58,529 nucleotides of DNA from Candidatus Omnitrophota bacterium (GTDB taxonomy: Bacteria; Omnitrophota; Gorgyraeia; Duberdicusellales; 4484-171): the NCBI GenBank assembly GCA_014729775.1, contig WJJJ01000016.1, positions 1 to 58,529 on the forward strand. Reading direction: 5' to 3'. This document shows, in pieces, positions 37,116 through 45,549 of the stretch. The stretch's first letter is position 1; every line of letters starts with the position of its first letter. The notes beneath the pieces were generated by a model. It had not been told where the DNA came from and ran no database searches. It saw only the letters and a program-made list of their open reading frames with translations. Position numbers and translations under genes: made by a program.

Positions 37116-37670
37116 ATGCAGAAATTAATCACCAGAAAACAAATCAGATTAAAGAATTATAATTACGGATTAAATGGATATTATTTTGTGACCATATGTT
37201 CAAAAAATAGAGAAAATATATTTTGGAAATATAAAATATCTGTAGGGGCCGCGCTTGCCCCGGCCCGTTATGAAAATAACATAAATTTATCGATAATCGG
37301 TACAATAATCGATAATCAATGGAAGGATATACCGAATCAATATAATGATGTTCAATTGGATCAATACATTATTATGCCCAACCATATTCATGGTATTTTG
37401 ATTATTAATAATAATCATGGTGGTTATCGGGCGCAGGCAAGCAGCGCCCCTACGGTTTCTCAAATTATTCGTTCATTTAAATCAAAATCTACCATGAAAT
37501 ATCTAAAATACATAAATGATAATGATTTAAATATTTCCGGAAAAATATGGCAACGTTCCTTTTACGACCGCATCATCAGAAACGGCCGCTCTCTTGGCGC
37601 AATACGTGAATATATATCCAACAACCCGGTTAATTGGGAAAAAGATATCGATAATTTAATTAACCTATAA
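37116..37670 (+). CDS. cassette 2: REP-associated tyrosine transposase (RAYT, IS200-like HUH)
   Basis: GYYFVTIC, IMPNHIHGI (HUH), WQRSFYDRIIR, catalytic EYISNNP; start set after attC1. Confidence 0.9.
   Translation: MQKLITRKQIRLKNYNYGLNGYYFVTICSKNRENIFWKYKISVGAALAPARYENNINLSIIGTIIDNQWKDIPNQYNDVQLDQYIIMPNHIHGILIINNNHGGYRAQASSAPTVSQIIRSFKSKSTMKYLKYINDNDLNISGKIWQRSFYDRIIRNGRSLGAIREYISNNPVNWEKDIDNLINL
37242..37267 (+). repeat. GTAG-type REP-like palindrome inside RAYT
   Basis: GTAGGGGCCGCGCTTGCCCCGGCCCG, GC-rich within an AT-rich gene. Confidence 0.75.
37428..37453 (-). repeat. GTAG-type REP-like palindrome inside RAYT (inverted copy)
   Basis: Reverse complement GTAGGGGCGCTGCTTGCCTGCGCCCG, same 26-nt length as the first copy. 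Confidence 0.75.
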
Positions 37671-37742
37671 TTTTTTCATCCAGAGGACTGTTACCGCCGG
37701 TTTTCAAGCCGTCGGCACCAGCCGCTGGTTTTTATGTTAGAA
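37665..37742 (+). mobile_element. attC site 2 (degenerate R'')
   Basis: R'' CTATAAT (AAT rather than AAC), L'' ATCCAG, palindromic core, L' GCTGGT, R' GTTAGAA. Confidence 0.75.
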
Positions 37743-37814
37743 GGGACCTTGCCCCGTTGGGGCTCCGTAAGGCAGCCGATCTTTATGTGGTGTGAATAAT
37801 AAAAAGGGAGAAAA

Positions 37815-38502
37815 ATGAAAATTAAATATCTAATTCTCATAGCTATCTTATCTTTGACATTTTCATCCTCTTCCTATGCTGAAAAAAATAACGCTTAAAT
37901 CAGGAAAAACAATTGAAGGAAAAGTAATTCAAGAAACAGCCACTTTCATAAAAATTAACTTTTCTAGAGTCCCTTTAACCTGCTACAAGGATGAAATAGC
38001 TAATATACAAAGGGGCAGCAACACCCAAGCAGAAAGCAACATTCAATCTAATCAAAAACAAATTAAATCGCAAGGATGGCTAGAATGGCACAATAAAGCG
38101 AAGCCTCATCTTGATAAAGTTACAGCACGACTGGAGTCTATTGGTTCTGCAGCGAGTAATCCGATTCATGTAAAATCTAATCCCAATAAAGTTTTAAATA
38201 CAATAAATTCGGATATAAATAAACTAAACAGTTCGAATCCTCCCCAAGAATTAGCATCTTTTTACAATGATATAAAAAATTCTTTTGAGCACACTAAAAA
38301 ACAAATTCTAGCTTTAACCAAAAATAAAAACCAACAAGCAATCAATCATGCTGTGCAATCATTGCAATATAGCAAAAAGGCCTTGCTAAAACTAAAGAAA
38401 ATATTTATTAAGCATAGCGCTCCAAAAGAGAAAATAGACGAAATTGATTTCCTGATAGATGCAAACAATAAAGGGTTAGCTATGCTAGGTTATGCAAAAT
38501 AG
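37815..38502 (+). pseudogene. cassette 3: secreted protein with a one-base frameshift in an A7 run
   Basis: SD and signal peptide MKIKYLILIAILSLTFSSSSYA-EK end at TAA; removing one A at 37882-37888 joins it to ITLKSGKTIEGK... ending at 38502. Confidence 0.75.
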
Positions 38503-38536
38503 GCTCGATAAAGTATTATGGTTTTAGCAAAATAAT

Positions 38537-38600
38537 ACACAACAAACTAATCCACCGGACATTGTTGCTGCGCAAAATGCCGGTGATCATTGTGTTAGGG
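38537..38600 (+). mobile_element. attC site 3
   Basis: R'' ACACAAC, ATC-C-ACCGG-A-CATT pairing with AATG-CCGGT-GAT (two extrahelical bases), R' GTTAGGG. Confidence 0.88.
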
Positions 38601-38611
38601 GGAGGGATAAT

Positions 38612-39238
38612 ATGACAAAAAACAAAAGGTTTATCAAATATTCTCGTATAGTTCTCGGTGCAGCGGTAATCAGCGGTGCCAGTCTTTATGTACTCTATCT
38701 TCATGATTCCATCGCATGGCATAGAAAATCTGCAGAGTATCTGCGCGCGGAATTAGATGAGTATTATAATGTGATGTATGATTTGCTGTTGGAGCAGGAA
38801 GAATTTAAGGTGTTCAGTGAAAAATATGCGAGTTTTAGCGAAACTTTTATGGAAGGCAATGTGAAGCGCACCATCACATCATCTTTTGGGAAAGTGATCG
38901 AAACTGAGGGCCATAAAATCAAATACTTAGCTCTTTCGGCCGAGAGGCCGGTTAAGAATCGTGAAAACGCGACTATTGTTATCTATCTTAAGAAAAATTT
39001 CCCACGCAAAAAAGTGTCTATGGAGGCAGAAATAGCCCCCCGTCTCTCCCCTTCCCTTCCGGTGGTTTTAATGGAAATTCCAATGACGGAGTTTGACGAA
39101 ATTTTGGAGAATTGGCTTTCTCAAAAGAATATTGATACTCTTGTGATGACCTACCGGAAACTTATTCAGGAATCACGAGAAAAAGGGAAAGACTTTGTGA
39201 ACAGCAAAATTCCTGTATATGTAGAATACGTCCGTTAA
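38612..39238 (+). CDS. cassette 4: hypothetical membrane-anchored protein
   Basis: SD GGAGG immediately after attC3; N-terminal TM helix. Confidence 0.8.
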   Translation: MTKNKRFIKYSRIVLGAAVISGASLYVLYLHDSIAWHRKSAEYLRAELDEYYNVMYDLLLEQEEFKVFSEKYASFSETFMEGNVKRTITSSFGKVIETEGHKIKYLALSAERPVKNRENATIVIYLKKNFPRKKVSMEAEIAPRLSPSLPVVLMEIPMTEFDEILENWLSQKNIDTLVMTYRKLIQESREKGKDFVNSKIPVYVEYVR

Positions 39239-39748
39239 TCATCCGTGCCAGCGAGGCCTTCCTCCTCTGCCCCCGCCTGCCGAAGCGGGCCGCGGACTTC
39301 TCGCCATAAAGACGGAACCGAGAAAGCAAAAATACTGTTGCTGTTGATTCCGGGATTACTTTTTGTCAACGCGGTGTTTCTTTGCCTGATAGGGCTTGGC
39401 AGCGCTTCGCAGGCGGTGTCCGAAGGCGCGGCCGCTCCCGGTGTGGGCCGCAGCGGTCTTTCGATTGTGGGGCTGGTCCCTGGTGCCGTATGCGGGGTAT
39501 CTGGCATTGCTCGTGAGGTGCCGGGCTAATCCGCCCCGTTTCTCGCGCAGTTATCACAGTGTTCTCCATCCCGCCTGGCTTTCCTTTCCGGGGAGCGGTG
39601 CGGTGTCCTTTGTCTGTGGCCGTTTCTGCCGGCGTAACGATAAATAGCCGGTTTTGCCCGAGCAAGGGCGCCTGTACGGATTTTTTTGCACACCGACTCC
39701 TCGTCTCCTTCTTCATTCGTGATTCGCGCGCTGTTCCCTGAAAAGAGC

Positions 39749-39776
39749 TTGACAGTGCCGCGGGGTGTGTTACAAT
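39749..39776 (+). promoter_or_regulatory. sigma70-type promoter of rpmH
   Basis: TTGACA-16 nt-TACAAT with TG extension; ATG lies 7 nt downstream. Confidence 0.75.
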
Positions 39777-39783
39777 TTCCTCT

Positions 39784-39921
39784 ATGAAAAAAGGGCAGTC
39801 TACCCCCACAAAATTAAAAGGAAAACGCAAGCATGGGTTCCGCACCAGGATGTCTACTGCCGAAGGAAAAAAGATCCTCAACAGAAGGCGCCGTAAGGGG
39901 AGAAAAAAACTGGCGGTATGA
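39784..39921 (+). CDS. rpmH: 50S ribosomal protein L34 (not in ORF track)
   Basis: [45 protein letters not shown]. Confidence 0.96.
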   Translation: MKKGQSTPTKLKGKRKHGFRTRMSTAEGKKILNRRRRKGRKKLAV

Positions 39922-40124
39922 GGAGACTGGTGCTCCTGTGCATTTCCGTATATCAGCAAGTTTCCCGTGTATTTCCACCCCGGTGCCGTTATTACCCGAC
40001 GTGTTCTGAATATGCCAAACAGGCGTTTCGGCGTTATTCGTTCTGGCCGGCGTTCGGTGTGAGCGCCCGCCGGGTACTGCGCTGTCATCCGTTTGCGCGG
40101 GGCGGCTACGATCCTCTGCAGTAA
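39918..40124 (+). CDS. yidD: membrane protein insertion efficiency factor
   Basis: [23 protein letters not shown]. Confidence 0.95.
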   Translation: MRRLVLLCISVYQQVSRVFPPRCRYYPTCSEYAKQAFRRYSFWPAFGVSARRVLRCHPFARGGYDPLQ

Positions 40125-40127
40125 CAC

Positions 40128-41588
40128 ATGGATAAAAAACGTTTTATACTCGCGATAGTACTGACGGTAGCCTTTTTGTTCGGCTATCAGTATTTTCTGG
40201 GAAAATACTATCCGGCCGATTCCGGGCAGGAAACCCAGGAATCACCGGCCTTGTCCTCCTCCGCCGATACTCCTCCGCAGGAAACACGGACCGAACCAAA
40301 AGACGCAAAAAGGGTGGCCCTCCCCCCCGCGGAAGAAAGTGCGCAGGAGCATCAAACCGAGATTGGCGGATTTTTTATAACTTACTCCGCGAAAGGCGGT
40401 TATATCAAGAGCGCGGTGGTGAGTGAGAAGGGGGATCAATTAGATTACCGTACGGTGGGCTATGTCCCGGAGCAGGCCGATGTCCGCTATCAGGTCAGAG
40501 AAGAATCGTCGGCCCTGGTCTTTACCGCTCCTTCGGGCGCGACTAAAACTTTTCGCATCGAAGGGTATGTGATCACCCTCGAATTTTCCTCTCCTCCCTC
40601 CTCGGTCGTATTCTTTTCGGTACCCCCGGCGACCGATATGCTGAATCAGCGGTACCAGAATTTTTTCTATTCGCGTGAGGAGAAGATCAAGCGGATTCAC
40701 GTAAAAAAGGTCAAGCCGGAAACCCTGCGGGATATTGAGTTCGCCGGGGTACGGGACCGGTATTACTGTATTTCGTTATTGCCCGGAGATTACGTTCTCA
40801 AAACTGAATCCACCGAAGACCGGGAGCTTGTGGTGCACGTGAATTCTCCCGGGGAGCACCTTGCCTTCTTTATGGGGCCGCAACACACCCGCGACCTGGC
40901 GGCAGTGGGGCTGAAAGATATCGTATCCTACGGGTTTTTTCACTGGATCGCGGTTATTATCCATAAGCTCCTCCTCTTTTTTTATTCGTTCACCCACAGC
41001 TGGGGCTTGAGCATTATTCTGCTGGCGGTGGCGATCTATCTGTGCCTGTTCCCGTTCACCCGAAAGAGCACCCAGGCAATGAAGAAAATGCAGCAATTAC
41101 AGCCCCAACAGCAGGCGCTCAAAGAGAAATACAAAGATAATCCTCAAAAATTAAATAAGGAAATGCTGGAATTGTTCCGGAAGAATAAGGTGAATCCGCT
41201 GGGCGGGTGCCTTCCTCTCTTTTTCCAGTTGCCGGTATTTCTTGCTCTCTACCAGATCCTGTTGCGGTTTGCGGAGCTCAAAGGGGCTGAATTTTTATGG
41301 ATCCAGGACCTGTCCCGTCCCGACCGGCTTGCCGAATTGCCGATGAGTCTGCCCTTTTTGGGCGGCCATTTCAATTTACTGCCGGTGCTGATCATGGCGG
41401 TTGGGTTCATTCAGCAGAAAATTACAGCAAAGAACGTGACCGCGCCCGAGCAGAAAACAATGGGGCTTGTGTTTTCGGTGATGATCGGAGTGATCTTCTA
41501 CAATTTCCCCGCCGCGATTGTGCTCTACTGGCTGGTGCAGAATATCCTGACGCTCTCCTACCAGACGCTGAGCGCACGCTCTTCCTAA
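40128..41588 (+). CDS. yidC: membrane protein insertase
   Basis: WGLSIILL, NPLGGCLP, FLWIQDLS, LYW; follows yidD. Confidence 0.95.
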   Translation: MDKKRFILAIVLTVAFLFGYQYFLGKYYPADSGQETQESPALSSSADTPPQETRTEPKDAKRVALPPAEESAQEHQTEIGGFFITYSAKGGYIKSAVVSEKGDQLDYRTVGYVPEQADVRYQVREESSALVFTAPSGATKTFRIEGYVITLEFSSPPSSVVFFSVPPATDMLNQRYQNFFYSREEKIKRIHVKKVKPETLRDIEFAGVRDRYYCISLLPGDYVLKTESTEDRELVVHVNSPGEHLAFFMGPQHTRDLAAVGLKDIVSYGFFHWIAVIIHKLLLFFYSFTHSWGLSIILLAVAIYLCLFPFTRKSTQAMKKMQQLQPQQQALKEKYKDNPQKLNKEMLELFRKNKVNPLGGCLPLFFQLPVFLALYQILLRFAELKGAEFLWIQDLSRPDRLAELPMSLPFLGGHFNLLPVLIMAVGFIQQKITAKNVTAPEQKTMGLVFSVMIGVIFYNFPAAIVLYWLVQNILTLSYQTLSARSS

Positions 41589-41683
41589 CCCGCTGTCTAT
41601 CAATAAGTTGAGAATTTACTTTTGGCGGCGTAACTCCTGGTGGACGAGAGGTGCTGTCTGGAAGCTGCCGCTCTCCCCTTTTT

Positions 41684-41979
41684 CTTTCCACATGAAAACG
41701 TGATTTCGGAACGATGTCCCGATACTGGCTGTGACGTTTCCACGTGAAAACGGTGCGACCTACACAAAGTCGACCTCCGGGCGTTTCCACGTGAAAACGG
41801 TGCGGCCTGCACAAAGTCGACCTCCGGGCGTTTCCACGTGAAAACGGCGGACTCCTTCGGGATGCGAGGCCAGCTCCATCGTTTCCACGTGAAAACGGTG
41901 CAAGGGATTATTTTCTTGACAATTTTACGGTTCATGCCTAGAATAGAATTAATACGTGAATGCGTTTTCACGTGAAAAC
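41684..41979. repeat. cluster of six parS-like sites
   Basis: GTTTCCACGTGAAAAC at 41736, 41783, 41830 and 41881; degenerate copy at 41684; perfect palindrome GTTTTCACGTGAAAAC at 41964; directly upstream of parAB. Confidence 0.9.
41916..41944 (+). promoter_or_regulatory. sigma70-type promoter of parAB
   Basis: TTGACA-17 nt-TAGAAT flanked by parS sites. Confidence 0.75.
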
Positions 41980-41988
41980 GTTCCGGCA

Positions 41989-42819
41989 ATGGCACGAATA
42001 CTCGGTGTATGTAATCAAAAGGGCGGAACCGGCAAGACGACGACCGCCATTAATCTCAGTTCCTTCCTCGGACTTGCCCAGGAAAATACCCTCCTTATCG
42101 ATATGGATCCACAAGGAAATGCGACTTCCGGTTCAGGAGTTACGTCCGAGGGAAAAAATTCAATTTACGACGTAATCCTTGGGCGTGTGCCGATCGAGGA
42201 GAGCATCTATCCGACGGACTGGGCCCGGCTGTCGATCATCCCTGCTGATATCTCTCTGACTGGGGGAGAAATAGAACTGGTTGAGAAGAGCCATCGCGAA
42301 GCTCTTCTCAGACAAGAACTTGCGAAGATATCAGACCGCTATTCGTATATCCTTATCGATGCGCCTCCGTCATTGGGATTGCTCACGGTGAATGTGCTCG
42401 CGGCTGCGGATGCGTTAGTGATTCCGCTCCAGTGTGAATACTACGCGCTGGAAGGAGTTTCTAAGCTATTGCACACCATAGAGTTAGTGAAGGCCAGGAT
42501 CAATCCGGAACTGGAAGTGGAAGGAGTTCTGTTGACGATGGCCGATTTTCGTACGCGGCTCGCGTTACAGGTGATCGAAGAGGTGCGTGCCTACTTTAAA
42601 GAGCGCGCGTTTAATACGATTATTCCCCGCAACATTAAACTGGCCGAGGCGCCGAGTTTCGGGAAGCCTATCTATTATTACGACGGGGCATGTGTAGGGG
42701 CGAAGGCATATCAAAATCTTGCCGAAGAGATTGTACACCGTAAGTTTGATCCGGATCCCGGCGTAACCGCGCCGCGGCCGGGCCCGGGTGTGTTTCAGCG
42801 GGATATAAAGGAGGCATAA
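41989..42819 (+). CDS. parA: chromosome partitioning ATPase ParA/Soj
   Basis: NQKGGTGKTT deviant Walker A, DMDPQGNAT, DAPPSLG, QCEYYALEG. Confidence 0.96.
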   Translation: MARILGVCNQKGGTGKTTTAINLSSFLGLAQENTLLIDMDPQGNATSGSGVTSEGKNSIYDVILGRVPIEESIYPTDWARLSIIPADISLTGGEIELVEKSHREALLRQELAKISDRYSYILIDAPPSLGLLTVNVLAAADALVIPLQCEYYALEGVSKLLHTIELVKARINPELEVEGVLLTMADFRTRLALQVIEEVRAYFKERAFNTIIPRNIKLAEAPSFGKPIYYYDGACVGAKAYQNLAEEIVHRKFDPDPGVTAPRPGPGVFQRDIKEA

Positions 42820-42820
42820 G

Positions 42821-43657
42821 ATGGAACGGAGAGTATTAGGAAAGGGACTCGACGCGCTCATTCCCAAGCGTCCTGTGCAGGAGGAGAGCGTGGACAGAGA
42901 ATTTACCTATCTTCCTACCGCGCGCATCAGACCGGGCAGGTTTCAGCCGCGCCGGCATATGAATCGCGAGGCACTGGAGGAGCTGGCGCAATCAATAAAG
43001 CAAAACGGTGTACTTCAGCCGATCGTGGTGCGGCAGGCGGGGGAAGGATATGAAATTGTTGCCGGAGGCCGCCGCTTTGAAGCAGCGAAGATGCTGGGGC
43101 TCAGCGAGATTCCTGCGGTGATACGCAGCGCTTCCGACAAACAGACGCTGGTGCTGGCTATTATCGAGAATCTCCAACGGGCCGATCTGAATCCTATCGA
43201 AGAAGCCGAAGCGTTCAAGCGGTTGATGGACGAGTTTTCATTCGGACTGCAGCAGATCGCGGAATTTTTGGGGAAGGATAAAACGACGGTGGTGAATACT
43301 CTGCGACTGCTCAAACTCCCTTTTGAAATCAAGGAAGCGGTGAAAAAGGGACTGGTGACACGTTCTCAGGCGCGGACGATCCTGGGCGCGGAGAATAAAG
43401 AAGCCCAGGCAAAAATATTTCGTCAGATCCTGTCGGAAGGGCTTACCGTGAGAGAAATTGAACAGCGGGTAAGGAAATCGGCGCCGCGTTCCGCCCGGCA
43501 GTCACAGGATCCCTACGTGCGTAAACTGGAGGAGCAGCTCCAGAAATTGCTGGGGACGAAAGTGCGTGTGTCTCACAGAAAAAATAATACCGGCAGGATT
43601 CAGATCGAGTATTACAATCTTGATGATGTCGACAGAATTGTGCGCAAGCTTACCTAA
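42821..43657 (+). CDS. parB: chromosome partitioning protein ParB/Spo0J
   Basis: LGKGLDALI, QPR, VLQPIVVR, GGRR, IENLQR, HTH. Confidence 0.96.
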   Translation: MERRVLGKGLDALIPKRPVQEESVDREFTYLPTARIRPGRFQPRRHMNREALEELAQSIKQNGVLQPIVVRQAGEGYEIVAGGRRFEAAKMLGLSEIPAVIRSASDKQTLVLAIIENLQRADLNPIEEAEAFKRLMDEFSFGLQQIAEFLGKDKTTVVNTLRLLKLPFEIKEAVKKGLVTRSQARTILGAENKEAQAKIFRQILSEGLTVREIEQRVRKSAPRSARQSQDPYVRKLEEQLQKLLGTKVRVSHRKNNTGRIQIEYYNLDDVDRIVRKLT

Positions 43658-43667
43658 TTAAGGAGGA

Positions 43668-44174
43668 ATGATGGAGGAATCTACCTTAGTGATCATTAAA
43701 CCGGACGGCTTGAAAAAGTCGCTTACCGGCAATGTCCTGACGCGGCTTTCTGAAACGAAGCTGCGGATCATCGGCGCGAAAGTGGTGCAGGTCGACGATC
43801 AGCTCGCGGAAACGCACTACGCCCACCTGAAAGATAAGCCTTTTTTTTCCGAACTTATCCGCTATATCAAGGGAGAACTGCATTCCGACAGCCGGGTGAT
43901 GGCGTTGGTATACTGGGGAGAAGACGCGATCCGCAAAGTGCGTACGATCGCCGGCGCGACCAATCCCGAGGAAGCCGACCCCGTGAGTATCCGCGGCGCA
44001 TACGGGAGGATTTTAACAAGCGGATTGTTTGAGAACGTGGTGCACGCCTCAAGTAGTCCCGATGAAGCGGAAAGGGAAATAAAGCTCTGGTTTGAGCCCG
44101 AGGAGATTGTGTATGATCTGTATCCGGTAAAGAGCGTGCAGGTGCAGGAAACGACGAAGCAGGGGTGGGCATGA
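43668..44174 (+). CDS. ndk: nucleoside diphosphate kinase
   Basis: IIKPDG, HYAHLKDKPFF, GATNP, NVVHASSS. Confidence 0.95.
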   Translation: MMEESTLVIIKPDGLKKSLTGNVLTRLSETKLRIIGAKVVQVDDQLAETHYAHLKDKPFFSELIRYIKGELHSDSRVMALVYWGEDAIRKVRTIAGATNPEEADPVSIRGAYGRILTSGLFENVVHASSSPDEAEREIKLWFEPEEIVYDLYPVKSVQVQETTKQGWA

Positions 44175-44953
44175 AGTCGATGACTGCCTACGCGCACGTG
44201 CAAAAACAGCAGAAGGGGAGGCAGCTCCAGCTGATCCTGCGGTCGCTTAATTATAAGTATCTTGATGTGTTCGTGCACAATCTTCCACCGGAAAAACTCT
44301 ATTTGGAAGAAACAATAAAAAGAGAGATCAAGAAGAAAATTCTCAGGGGACGCGTTGAGGTTTTTGTGTTTCTCCGGCAGGAAGCGGCCGGCCAGATGAA
44401 GATGGATGACGCGGTGGTGGCGCGGTACATGAAAGAGATCCAGCGGATTTCCCGCAAATACCGCGTACGCAATGATGTGACGGTGCGGGACGTGCTTACT
44501 CTGCCCCAGGTGATCCGGTGGGAAGAGAAAAAGGGATCTTCCGAGACGATGCTGGTGCCCGCGCTTCGTGAAGCCCTGAAAAAAATGGACGCATTTAAAC
44601 GGAAAGAGGGAAGGGTTATCAGGACCCAGATCAAAAAAAATGTCAAAGCTCTCAAAAAAAACGTGCAAAAAATCGAAAAAATCAAGCCGAAAGCCAACGG
44701 CGGGGAAAACCACCGTGAGGACATCGACGAAGAAGTTTCGCTCATGGGTTTTTACCTTGACCGCCTGGAAAAAAAGATCGGCGGCCGGGCGGAACAGCCC
44801 CTCGGAAAATCAATCGACTTTTTTACCCAGGAAATCCTGCGTGAACTGAACGCCGCTTCCAGTAAAACCAAACACAAGCAGTGCGCCGCGCTGATCGTCG
44901 AGTCAAAAAATTACCTGGAGCGCGTGCGAGAACAGGCCCAGAACATCGAATAG
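44171..44953 (+). CDS. YicC/YloC family protein
   Basis: MKSMTAY, RGRV, DIDEE, GKSIDFFTQEILRELN, REQAQNIE. Confidence 0.9.
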   Translation: MKSMTAYAHVQKQQKGRQLQLILRSLNYKYLDVFVHNLPPEKLYLEETIKREIKKKILRGRVEVFVFLRQEAAGQMKMDDAVVARYMKEIQRISRKYRVRNDVTVRDVLTLPQVIRWEEKKGSSETMLVPALREALKKMDAFKRKEGRVIRTQIKKNVKALKKNVQKIEKIKPKANGGENHREDIDEEVSLMGFYLDRLEKKIGGRAEQPLGKSIDFFTQEILRELNAASSKTKHKQCAALIVESKNYLERVREQAQNIE

Positions 44954-45033
44954 GTCCCCACTACAGAAAACGCTTCCAGAAAATCCGTCTTGGTCTCTTG
45001 TTTCGGGGGTGATTTCAATGGTATCATTGACCA

Positions 45034-45408
45034 GTGATGAGTATGAAAAGATCACTTTCTCTCCTGCTGTGCGCGGCAATTTTGCTTCTTCCGCTGAGCG
45101 GCTTCGGTTTTTACGAAGATTTCGTAGGCAAAGAAGTAAGTCTGCGTCCCTATTTTGCCTCGGGGCTGGTCTATATAGGTATGGAAAAGGAAGCGTTTAA
45201 CGCCCTCACCAGCAACCTGATGGGAAAAGATAAGGAAGCGTATTACACCTGGATACTCGCCCACGAAGGGTTCGAAGTCTATGAGGCCACCAAAGCCAGG
45301 GTTTTAGACGTGAGTTTCTACGAGCAGGCAGCGAAAGTGAAGATCCTGGAAGGGACCCACCGCGGAGAAGAGGGGTGGGTTCTGCTCGAACAAGCCGTAC
45401 GTTATTAA
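45034..45408 (+). CDS. hypothetical exported protein
   Basis: Signal peptide; SH3-like tail (AKVKILEG...GWV) by inspection. Confidence 0.7.
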   Translation: MMSMKRSLSLLLCAAILLLPLSGFGFYEDFVGKEVSLRPYFASGLVYIGMEKEAFNALTSNLMGKDKEAYYTWILAHEGFEVYEATKARVLDVSFYEQAAKVKILEGTHRGEEGWVLLEQAVRY

Positions 45409-45549
45409 TCCCCCTCCAACTTTTCCCTTGTACCCTCCGTATAAGTGATATAATGAAACACACACGGGATTTTGCCGCGGAGATCCGCCGAATTCTGAAA
45501 GTAGCGGTATGCCCGCAAGAAGATTTTTGTCAAAGACAGGAGGCGCTGT

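Larger units (their letters stand above)
36559..39238 (+). mobile_element. integron cassette array without integrase in window (CALIN-like)
   Basis: Four co-oriented AT-rich ORFs separated by three attC sites; abrupt drop in GC relative to the flanks. Confidence 0.85.

Noticed and set aside
39240-39740. RNase P RNA (rnpB) or oriC
   Set aside because: No GAGGAAAGTCC-type RNase P signature and no cluster of TTATCCACA boxes seen.
41684-41979. Regularly spaced palindromic repeats as a CRISPR array
   Set aside because: The repeat is only 16-20 bp, two spacers are near-identical, there are no cas genes, and the motif matches parS next to parAB.
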